A stretch of 64,000 nucleotides of DNA, from NCBI GenBank assembly GCA_002269645.1, contig NIVC01002362.1, forward strand, positions 62,001-126,000, written 5' to 3'. Each line of letters opens with the position of its first letter. Position 1 is the first letter of the stretch. Of the stretch, positions 1 through 11,800 are shown piece by piece. The notes beneath the pieces were generated by a model. That model was not told the DNA's origin, did no database searches, and worked only from the letters and a program-made list of their open reading frames with translations. Position numbers and translations under genes: made by a program. Origin of the DNA: Macrostomum lignano (Eukaryota).

Positions 1-2487
1 ATGTAGAAATTGACCATAGATTTTCGGAGTCTATTCCTGGAGCCGAATGCAAGCGTCAAGAGCAATGAGCAACAGCAGGCACAATATGACTACGGAGGAG
101 GAGGAGATCGATCAGAATATGGAAGACCAAGTACCCGGAGAATACGGGATACGAGAAGAAGAAGAAGAAGAAGAAGGCCCGCGGAAGGTGGACGAGCATC
201 TCTAATGGTATTTAAAGTGTTCCTCGAGATTTCAAAGTCGGACTTCAATTTTTTATTGAAGTTCTTTATACTCCAGGTGCGGAATAAAGACGGTGAGAGA
301 TGTTGCGCGTCGACTCTTAAGGACTTCTTGTTTATGAAACAATTGCATATGCAAGCTGTATTATAGCGAAACTGGAGTCTTTGGAAGGATAAAGATACGT
401 TGTACCGTGTTCCTTCGCCATTTTTGGCCATTTATTTGGTCAGATAAATTCTGCAACGTTTTTAATTGGTTGACGAATTTATTTAGCCCAGCCAAAACAA
501 CTATAAATTGAATAATTGGATAAATTAACCAACAAGGGACCTTAAAGGGGTGAAGAATCAATAAATTAAGAATCAAAATGAGACGCAGTCTATCAATGCG
601 AGAACGAGTCCCTCAGCGTGTTTCATTCTCGTGCATCTGAACTTAAACTCTACTCTGATCATCCATTCTAGATTCTTACCATAGACTAAATTTGTTCCAT
701 CCCTATACTCGTACCCTGCATCTTCGAAAGAGGCAATTAGCTGATCAGATTTTAGAGCAGCAATGGATATCAAAGAAAGAGTAATAACAATTTAAATAAT
801 GATTTCTAAATGCTACTCTGCATCTTAGACAGAGAATAGGGTGTCGAAAGTAATTAAAATCTGATTCGGAAATATCAGATACTTTTACAGTCAATAAGTA
901 AATATCCTTTTTCTCATTCTATTTCCTATTTCTTTCCACTGTTTTAGAGCTTTCAAAGCACCCGTCAGTCAGTCGTATTTCACAAAGCGGGGCGACATGT
1001 TGGGTGTAATGACTAAAGTGAGAGGCCTGAGATGCTGAGATGAAAGCTTCACAGTGGGCTGATCGATAATTTATATACTTGTGAACGATGAATATAGTCA
1101 CATACGAGTACTGTAAGCAGGGTAAATGCACGCATATTGAGGCCAGGCTACTCTGGGGGACCCGGCCCCGCCCCCTACTACGAGACTACATGTACGACGC
1201 TGTTTTCAATTGACATCCATTTTATTTGCTCTCGACGATTTTCTCTCTCAAAGATTTTTGCAAAATATTAGAGTACGTGTTCCCATTAGTGGATAATTGC
1301 AGCACCGTTGCTTGCTCAGGAAGCGCAAAAAATCCGTGAGCACTAATGAGGATATTTTTTGACGAAAAATGGCAATGTTTTATATACAATTATCGCAATA
1401 AAACACGCTTCGCTTCATTGCAGATCGAGAAAAAACGTCACGCAAGGATGCAAATCCTTATTAGAAGAAATGCTATTCTTGAACCTAATCGTAAAATCCA
1501 GTAGAATTGTAAATAATCATTTACATTTATGGCTACATTACTGCAGCTAAATTTGCTTCCCATTAGGAAAGCTCGTCTTGTGATCGAATATCAGACAAAG
1601 TAGAACCGATTCTAGCTACTCCTCATTATACCGTTTCGACCAGGGTTTGTTTTTTGAGGTTGTCACAAACTTTGCGTCACACAACATGCGCATCTGATTT
1701 CCGCAGTCCGTGAAGTACCTCTAGTACACGACTCGATGAATGACGCACAGGTTCCGAGCTACTGCGATCAGCGTGAAGCTGAAGTTGGACACTCCATGGA
1801 AGTGTCGTCTGCAAGAGGCAGCAGAAGACGGCTGGCGCAGCGGTCTGAGGTCAAGATCACTGTCAATGCAGTTTCGTGCAGCCTAGTGCCCTACTAAAGA
1901 CCTTGCAATCCAGGCTAAAAGATGACATGTATATTGATCGTATCGCGACCTTCTTAGTCATTTCTTCAGTTCATCTGGGCTTGTGTCATGTTTACTCTGT
2001 TTTCTTTCCCTCTCTGTCCAGTTTAGTCTTGTTATTCTTATCTCTCTTCCTCTCTGCCTTCCTGATTGGCTCTTAAATCTCGTCTGCTTCCTCAGTCGCG
2101 CACTCCACCCCTCCTAATTGCCTTCCCCCAGACCCCAGACTTACTGTCTGTTTTGTTTTCAACTCCAATGAAATATTTTAGTTATTTTATTAACAACGTT
2201 GTAGTATCTAACTGAATGAGCTCTCTAAATTATCTGCCGGCTTTACTATGAGTAGCGTTTGTGATAAATAAGGCAATTAGATAATAGCATGCACGGTAAG
2301 CAATTATTTAGGCCCTAGACAAACCTACTTGGAGCGTTTGGAGATTTTAAAGCTATTAATCCTAATCGCCTATCGCCGGTCGGCGAGTCCTTCCTACCAG
2401 TCTTTCTCCAATAGCCGCAGGTACAGTACAAGAAAAGAAAGAACACGAAGGAACACAAACCAAAAGATTTAGAGAGTGATAATCCTA

Positions 2488-3465
2488 TGTGATACAACTG
2501 ATAATTGGCTAGACGATTTAATTTGATTATTCAAGTTACAGGATTCAAGCAATTCGCGACGCAGATAATTAGACTAATGATAACGAATAATAACGATTAA
2601 TAATAATGATTGTATTACGCACTGACAAGCGGATCTCAGCTTGAAGAAGAAGAAGGAGGCACCGAACACAGGACCACGGAGAAAGACTCCTAACCCCTGG
2701 CCTAAACCAGAACCTACTCTCAAACGAGAGCCCTGCCGAATCGACCGTTCAACGGAGTACCGACTAAATTCTATCGGCACTGCCCTTCAGTGTAACACTG
2801 AGGCCCTCGGGGTCGAGGCCGCGTACTTGATCAGATCCGACAGTCTCTATCTAACCGCGCTTGATAGCGACGACTTCAGACAGGAATTTGCCGTAGACGT
2901 TACGCCACAAGACTAAAGCGGTTGGGCGGGAACAAAGATATGGACCGGGGTGATGAATTCAGGCGCCTCAAAGCGCGAACCAACAAGAGAGGAGAAAAAT
3001 CGGGCCACCGGCCGGGAAGCTGGACAAGACAAAACCGGGGAAAGAGAGAGAGAAGTGAGATCCGATTGCCAAATACACCTTCATATATAGTCAGAGTCAA
3101 ACCCTCACACCCCCCCTCAAGCCGGGTGGTGGTCGTCTGGCCGGCCGCTTGCTTAAGCCGAATTGCACTGTGCCCGCGGCGCCGGGTAGAACTGAAACTT
3201 GCCGCGTGTCAGGGTCCAGGCCGGTTCTGATTGGCTGGCCGCGCAAAGCTGGGGTTCGCAGAAAACTCAACCCTCCGCTGAGTCACAAATGGCGTCTTAC
3301 TTCTAGCCTGTTTACGCAAAATAAGCTCTAACTAACAAGAAAAAAGTACACCAAAAACGTATGACTAAACTAAAGCAAAATAACAATTCAATAACAATAA
3401 TGCAAAACCTAACTAATAGAATACAAGGCTATCGCAAAAGATGCTCACACTACACGTTCCTGACA
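2488..3465 (-). mobile_element. Probable LTR (solo or 3' LTR) of an LTR retrotransposon
   Basis: TG...CA ends. On the - strand there is a CCAAT box (cagccaatcag), a TATA (ctatatatga), a pyrimidine-rich R-like tract and ATTAAA near the end. No matching TSD, PBS or second LTR was found. Confidence 0.45.
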
Positions 3466-4401
3466 CCACCGACTTCGAGATGCGAAATTGGCGCAAAGTC
3501 CTCTCGGCGAGGTTTAATGCCCAAAAGGACTCGTCACCCTGCTCAGAGTCTCCTGTCGAAGACTGCCCGGGGCTGAAGGCTGATCGCAGTTACTCCACAT
3601 GCTCTCTCATGCGGCAACAGAGATTGTCAGAAGTGAGTGCACACAAAGAGGCCAGCGGCTTGAACACTTTCCAAGATCAGCGCCCAGCTGACAGTTCTGG
3701 GTGGCCTTTCCTGACTTCCACATAATGGGCGGTGCTTCCGTCGGAGCAGGATGCTATACGGCTAGATGCCTGATCAGGCCCGGGAGCCAAAGGGGCAAAG
3801 AGGAACACGAAAAGCTAATTGCACTAAGGAGGTGATTGCATACTACACCTCGTACTAATTATTGCAGAATGTCATGAAGATGGCAGCGCAAGAGGAGCGC
3901 TTCTTTACTTTTTTTAGAAATTAATGTTTTTTATATAAAATGTTTGCAATCTTTAAATAACCTCATTCCACATGGCAGCTTTCAGAGACACCACAGAGCT
4001 GCCCATTATACAGCAGTCATTAATAGCTACAATTGGTTGGCAACAAACACTACATGTACAGTACTGTACACTGTCACAAAGCTGCCAGCCTGTTTATATA
4101 TATCGTTTCATACGTTGCTCGTTATCCATTGCCTTATAGGAATACATCATGATCAGCATCAGCAAAGATGCTTTGATATATATGTTACCATCTCATCCTA
4201 CAAGTACCGCATGTATCACACATATTAATTACTGTCGTCAGATCGTCAGACTAAGAGAATTTTACAACTGTCAGTACATATATGCCAGTACAGTATGTCT
4301 ATATACATGTACAATACAACATTCACTCTTATGTACACGTACATGTAATATTACAACCAACTAAAAATATTTCTTTTGCTGGTCTATGCAACACTTTTTA
4401 C

Positions 4402-4728
4402 AATATAATAATAATATAATTAATTGATTACAGCTGCCCTTACTGGGCCTGTTGTGCAACCCGACAGCTCAGCCGCAGCTATTGCGCGGCGCATCTGAGA
4501 AAGGCTGCTTACGGCTGTTCAGTCCAAGGAGAGTTGGGGGTCGCCACACGCACCCTCAATTACACCAGCTTAAATGCTGGCACCCACTTTAAAACTGGGT
4601 GAACTGAAGCAATTCAGAGTAAAGTGTCTTGCTCGAGGACACAAATTGTTTCCGGTGAGTTGAGAATCGAACCCCCGACCTTTCAGTCGTGAGTCCGACG
4701 CTCCAATAACCACTAAGCTACAGCCCCC
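4402..4728 (-). mobile_element. tRNA-derived SINE, family A (CORE-like central domain)
   Basis: The - strand reads gggggctgtagcttagtgg (A box) ... ggttcgattc (B box), then gtgtcctcgagcaagacacttt..cagttcacccagttttaaagtggg (CORE-like) and an (AT)-rich tail. Homologous to 36791-37100. Confidence 0.8.
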
Positions 4729-7325
4729 TCACAAGGCTACAACCCCCAACGATAAAACGATACAATCTAAAGTATATTAACCGTTTCATCATCAACTCAC
4801 TGCAGTAACGATGGGCTATACTAGGACTGAGCTTAATATATTCACATTAAAAGACGACGCAGGCCGTCGAACTGGATTTTATAGTGGGGACAAAGCCAAG
4901 ACGACTAAATTCCTACATTATTTTAGGTGTTGTTGCCACTTCATTTTGACGCCATAGGCACAGCCCATTTTGTCGCCGAGTGTTTGGTGCCCTGAAGCAA
5001 ATATTGATTATCATAAAGGGTCACAAGGCGGGGCGGTGAGGACTTACATGTACATGTAACATTTGCATGTCCCCACCATAGCAATTTTACTGGGGGGGGG
5101 GGACATGGCCCGGCCCTGTGTGCTCTCCGGAGGCGACGCCACCGGGAGAATCCGGAAAGACGTCCGGATTCTTGTACGCAGGGAGATTGACATTAAGCTA
5201 CTATGGTAAGCCATATAAATGTAGCACCAAAAAGCATATGCAACTATGATTCGGTGTCTCTATTGCATGACTTTTTGTTTGGATAAGAAAGGTAGATAGG
5301 AAAGCAAAAAATTAGCGTGGTAGTGTTAATTTCTGGATTTGGGTAAAAGGCCCGCTAACGCTTAGCTTTAAAGTCCTTAGATGTATAATTAATGCTGAAA
5401 GGTATACATACCCACTTAAAAATAACCTAGGGGCCCCTAGGGGCTACACTTAGTGGCTGGTTAGGGGCTATAGGGAGTTGTTCCATAGGGGACAACTATA
5501 GATCCACTAGATTCCATAGGGGAAATCTCTATAGCCCTCTGTTGCCCCTATAAAACCCGATTATCATATTTGTTTTGTTTTCTTTATGCTGCAACAATAA
5601 AATGACCATAAAAACTAGGGGTTTGATCATGAATGATAAAATAAGCGGCGGTTCATGCTCTTGTAGCTGTTGTAACGGTGTTATATGCCGTTGCATTCAA
5701 AAAATAACAAATAGTTATTTACAAATTAGATAAGGACGGTACTTAGCAAGTAGTGTTTACAACGCTCGCTGTAAAACAACACATTAAAGTCTTTGCAAGC
5801 AAAAATTTAGCCTTTATTATTATGTTAATAGCGACTTAAGAAAAAGCATGCTTTTAAAATAAATTTTCGTTTTTCGTTTTCAGACATCTTGCATTAAAAT
5901 TGAATATAGGACATGTTGAACAATCTTATCACAGTAACTATGTCATGTAATGCTGTATCACAATAAAACTTCTTGTCATGGATACGAAGACGCAATTGAA
6001 ATTGTTTCTTGGTACGTTATGTGACACTTAATTTGTTTACTTTAGCTCCCAATGAGAATAACTAATGTTTTGATATAATTATAAATGAATGTATTCTCAC
6101 AAATCAAATTAGCTTTTAAAATTAATGAGAATGATGTTATTGTTAGTTAGGCGCCTGATGCGTAGATGTTTTATATGCACAAACGTATTAAAATTTATGC
6201 TAATAGCATTGTAAAACACTATCTAAATTACCTTTGTCATGATTAAGTAAGAAGATAAAATACTAATAAGGTCTAAAAACCATATTATAAACTAGAATTT
6301 CAAATGCTGCATATGCGAATTATTAAATTATAATATATAAAGAGTTTAAAAAACCCTAGTTGTAAAGAATAGGTCATTTATTGAGACAATACTAAGGAAT
6401 AGTTTAAGATAAAGGTGAATAAGAAAATGATCAAATAAAATAGTCTTTTGAGTAGATGCCAGACAAAAAATTAAGGCATAATACAAAAATTTATATTCTA
6501 ATAGTAAATAATGCAAATAATATTAAATATTTGCATTAAAACTGTTATATCAACTTAACTTAATTATGGTATAATTATCTATTTTTTATTTTCAACACTG
6601 ACTGATGATTCTTTTTAACTTTTACCTTACAAAGTTACCTTTTGGCTCTAGTGTAAAGATAGATAAATAGCTAGAAATTTATTTGTAGCTAGCTTGCCAC
6701 TATATTGCCTTGTATATTGAAAAATACCAATGTATATGTTTATATTATACATTTATCTTTGTATATTATTAAGTTATTAAGTTGCATAATGCTAGTAAAT
6801 AAAATTATTATATAAGTGACATAAAATACAAGCCATGATATTCATAAGGCAATTATAGATTAATAGAGATATAATTAAAGTTGAGGGCTTAAACTATATA
6901 AAGAATCATTAAAATTTAATAACATAATTAAGTTTTGTAATTTAATTTATAATAGTGTAACCTGAGGTGGTTAATTAAAAACTCTAGTGTTGACTACTAA
7001 ATTCTACCACTAAGACACCAAATGTAATGGCCCTCTAAGTTGCTAACAAAATACTTCACGCTAATCTCTATGCCAGTTCTATAAAATGTAAAAGGTTGAT
7101 ATTTATTAAAGTTGATGGTCTGAATAATAAATTGATGCAAACCATGCTACTGCCAACAAGTAATATATCACGACTGTGAAACTTAGCACTAGACCAAGAT
7201 AGGCCTCTTGTCGTGCATGCCCTACAATTTCCTATGGGCCCTGTGGCTTGGGGAACTATAGTTTCTTTCTAGGTCTCTTGGTTCCTAGAGTATTTATTTG
7301 TCAACAGACTATGATTCACACACAC

Positions 7326-7597
7326 TTTAGCACTAGGATGATTCAGCGTCTGGCCTAGCTCAGACAGATCTCTTGTCCACAAACTCTTAGTGAGTAGAGT
7401 GACTAGTTTCTCTATTTCTGGGTGGACAGGAGTCCCAAATGACTTAAACTTTCGGTAGCTTTCCAAGAATTGGCCTAAGGCAAAACTGCTTATTTTGCAC
7501 CAGTCGAAAGGCGGTATCCTGAGATGGTCTAATAGAGCAATGCCAATAATTTCTTGATAAGTTAAGTTCCCCAATGTATCGATAACCAATTCCCAAA
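7326..7597 (-). CDS. Possible isolated internal coding exon of an unknown gene (WELVIDTLGNLTYQEIIGIALLDHLRIPPFDW...NHPSAK)
   Basis: Stop-free 272-nt stretch in very AT-rich DNA, bounded by an acceptor (catatttag|) and a donor (aaa|gtgtgt). No partner exons were found. Confidence 0.3.
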
Positions 7598-8824
7598 CTA
7601 AATATGTCACAAAAGGTAGTTTGCTGCTATCAATCGAAGCTATGATTAAATGACTGAGCCAAAATTGCTATCAAGGAAGATTTGAATAACTCAAATTAGA
7701 ATTTGAACTTAATTAGAATTAGATTGAACAATGACTTAATAAACTACCAATTGTAATTATTAGATGATAAATTAAACAAATAACTAACTAGTGCACCAGC
7801 AGAAATTAATAATTAACTTTAACAATAATTAGTCAATAAAACACAAAGATAAGCTTGGCCTCTTGTGTCCTTACCAACATAGTTTGTTAGAGCTAAGATT
7901 TAGGTTTGACTAAACTAACTCAGTACTTAAGAGCCACACTCAACTAAAACTCATTTAGTTACTAATAGCTAGTCATGAACTAATACATTGTCACTGCATA
8001 CATGCGCAATTGCTGGCCGACCTGGCCAATCTGGCCACTGTAAATTGTGGTGGACCAGGGGTAAGTCGCAAAAATGCCTAGCCTAAAAAATACAGACGAG
8101 GCATTTAGCCCTTTTAAGACAGTCATAGTTACTCTTGCCATTTACCCAAAATTGCGTTAGGGTTTCTTTTACAGGTAAGTTGCATTTTTGGTCAAAAAGT
8201 AAGTCGCATGGCTAGTGTAAATCAGGGGGGTTGTGCATGTATGATTGTCAGGCACATCAGGCCAATCTTACACAAGACAATACTAGACTGGGAGTACACA
8301 GTCCGGGCTAATAGGCATAGGCAACTCTGAGCCTACAAGAACAAGAGCGGAAATTCAAACAAAAAACTGAGGCAAAATTTAAATCAGTGCGCATGTTATT
8401 TATATACCCACAGAATCAGTGCAGTAAAACAACTGGTAGACCTTGTCACACATACGGTAACCTATTCGTTCTCTCATGTGCATGCATCTCCAGTAAATTG
8501 ATTTTGCACATTAGTATAAGTCATTAGTAATTAACAATAATTAGTGTAATTAATGATGAATTCTAGGAGCCCTACCACAATAGTAATCAACAAATAATCT
8601 TTATAAAAATCAAAACTAGTCAAAAACAAAAAAGTTGTCTAAAACAATTATCAAATTTAAAAATCTTCCTTAATCACTATAATTTATATTTGTTGTGTTA
8701 TATTGGCTAGGTTATTGGCTATTGTAATTGTTGTTTAAATACTAATCTGGTATATTCATTTAGTTTTATAAACCAGTTAAATAAAATAAAAATGTTGTTT
8801 TCATTATTTTGATCCATATTTTAG

Positions 8825-11800
8825 TGTTTCCTGACTGCCCAACAGCCAAAGCAGAATCATCTAGGCAGAAGATTGCTGACAATCAAGAGAAGTTGGCTAC
8901 TGTGTTTTCTGGCTTTATTAACAAATTTGCTATTGTTGAAGAATGCTCTATTGACCAAAAAAATATCAATGCTGATAAATTGCAGTTTGCTCTTTGCTTT
9001 GTTATTTCTTTCAAAGATGCTAATTTTGCTGCAGTCTTTTGCTCATTTGCAAAGACCCCAGAGTATCATGAAACTGTTTTGAAGTTCCAAGAGCGCATTA
9101 AGGTTGAGCTTCAAGGCACATCTCTTGCCAATGTACCAATTAATTTGTGTTTCAATGCAAATCAGCTTGAAATAGGGTAAGTACGTGTACGCTTTTCATA
9201 TATATATCACTTAAATTGTTAGTTTATTGGATGGAAGCTATGTTTGTTTAAAAGTGTATTAGTATTATATAGATACTATAGTTTTGATTTAAAGCTATGC
9301 TCATGTTCTCCTAATCTTCATTCTATCTAAACTTTAGTTCTCAGACAGTTGTTTCGAATCAGCCAGTCCAGACAGGGACTCCAAATCAGCCAGTCCAGAC
9401 AGGGACTCCAAATCAGCCAGTCCAGACAGGGACTCCAAATCAGCCAGTCAAGACAGGGACTCCAAATCAGCGAAATCAGCCTTTTTCACAGCAGACGTGT
9501 CGCAAAAAGGTAAGAACTTAGTTTTGTATAAAAGTGTTTTTGCTTTTAATTTTTCATATTTAAATTGCTTGGTTGCATATTTTTCAAAGGCAGGGGCGGA
9601 TTTACCAGTATAAAATGAGGGACGCAGATTTTAACCATGAGTGGGTGCGCAATAATATACACTAGAAAAGTGACAAAATACACTTGACGGGCGTCTTACT
9701 GAGCAAACTGAGGGCGCTACGGACCTTTTTAGGGGCAAAGGAAAAGGGGCGCCATCATCGCCAGCCACAAGGCCAACCACCTGTCTAAACCCAACCACCT
9801 TTAGGTCCTCTGGAGCGAAGAATATGAGCGATTGTCCGTTGAAGCCCGAGATGGTTATGTAAGTGTTATTCGGATGTTCTGTCATTGTGTTGATTTCTTT
9901 TCTTTCTGGAGTTCGGCTACTAAATAATTGTGTTAAATTTCTAGATGCTTTTGGGTTACATGGCAATTACGAATTTATTATCAAAAACTGTTCACTACAA
10001 TACTTCATATGAGCTTGTTTAGATATATGGTCAATTTGAACCTGTAGCCATGTCATAGAGTTTACAATCGGAATTTTTAATTAGGCATGCTACTCGAATT
10101 TCTACATCTGTTTTATTCGTTTCTTCATTTTTAGATAAAAAATGTTGTCAGCATTCAACTTGCCCAGTTTTTCAATCTTTCTCTCAAACAAAGTAAACCA
10201 TTGGATATGGAATATGCTCGGTTGCGGAGCCTAAATGGCCAGCTTTCAATCAGTGGATATCTTCTTACTGAATGCACCTTTCCTGTTACTATTGAAACTT
10301 TCATGCGCTCGGTCATGATTTGCTTCTACACGGACAGATCTGTCAAAAGCTTAGAGCTAACTATTCAACTTTGGCTGCCATACCATCAATCCATCATGCA
10401 ATCAAACTTTTTCGCTGTAGAAATGCAAAGTTGCATCAAAAATAAGTTTCTTTTTACTAGGGAACACATTGATTGTATGGAAATTCATGAGCAGCGGCGT
10501 ATCGTTTCAGTTGGGTCCGAACCGTCCTTGCAGTTCATCTGCTTTGGCTACTGTCACAAATTTTTACCGAACTCCTTCGTCTTCTGGAGTTTTTTTGCTA
10601 ACCATCTGACAGCATGCGCGCTAAACTTGAGCAACGATCCCGCACTTCACCTTGAGCTGGAGACATGCTTAATGTTCTTAGGAAAGCTGATTGATGAAAC
10701 TTCAAAAGACTTTTCGAGTAGAAAAAAAGTACACAGCATTGGCGCTTCAGCCGACCTGCTCACGCATTGCCTTAGTGAGCACATGAATGGCTTCCTAAGC
10801 GGCTATCTACCGATGCTCAGTGAGTCAGCTTGCGTGCTTTACATCTGCATGCTACTGAAAGCTAACGAAATTGCAAAAGAGCAGCTTAAGAATTATGGCC
10901 GAAAGGCACTGCCATTTACACCCGTCCTTCTTAAGGCCTTAAGTGTTGCTGATTCAAAACTGGTTAGCACTATGACGCAAGCTGTCAGCGAAAATCCGTC
11001 TGGTTTTGTTGCATTGCTCACCAACTTGAAGGATTTCTCCTTTCGTTCAAGCTACCAAGTGATCCACGATTTTTTGGACCGCTTTCCTGAAAAATCTGCA
11101 ATCTTCGATGCTATTTTTACCAACCAGAAAGCTATGGAGGCTATGGAACTGCCGTACAAAATCAGCATATATTTGAAGGCTGGCAAAGAGTTGGATTCCA
11201 GCAAGCTCTTACCGGAAATTAAGCGATTAAAGGATGTGGATGGTGTCCTTGCAGCAGTGTCTCAAATCCAAGAATTGCCAGTCAAATCGGAGCTCGAATC
11301 AAAGATTCGAGAGAAAGCACTAGCGTTGATTCTCGAAAAGGCGGGATGTGACAAACACTTGCGACTTGGTGTTCGTGATTGGCAGCAGCTTAGTGACTTG
11401 ATGGATGCGTGCGAAATGCCTGAAGAAATGAGAGCTAAGGCATTTGAGGCCGTCAAAAATGCTTGCATGAAAACTCTTACGGTTGATTCCCCAATGCAGG
11501 CTAATGAAGAGTTTCAAAATTCGGTAGAGAGATTTCTCAACGAATGCAGATTCATTTCGAGTCCAGACGAGGCTATTGCTGTTGTCAGCGGTGTGTTTGA
11601 CTTAAAGCAGTCTCCTAAACTAAAGACATTTTTAGCGGAGCGTCTGAATAAGCTAAAAGCGATTGAACTGGCTCTACAGTTGCCTCAGAATGAAGCTCTT
11701 GTCTCGGTGTTCTACGAAGCTTTGATGCTACTGGATCTAAAGCGACGACACAACAAGGATTCAGGCAGTAGTATTATTGCGACTTTGCAGCAGCAAGTGT

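Noticed and set aside
3453-3468. tggtgtcagga on the - strand resembling a tRNA-Leu primer-binding site
   Set aside because: It is better explained as the TG start of the putative LTR. No gag/pol follows.
4640-4728. tRNA-like sequence (also 36791-36870 and 52810-52890)
   Set aside because: These are SINE heads. The acceptor stem is not closed and each continues into a repeated SINE body.
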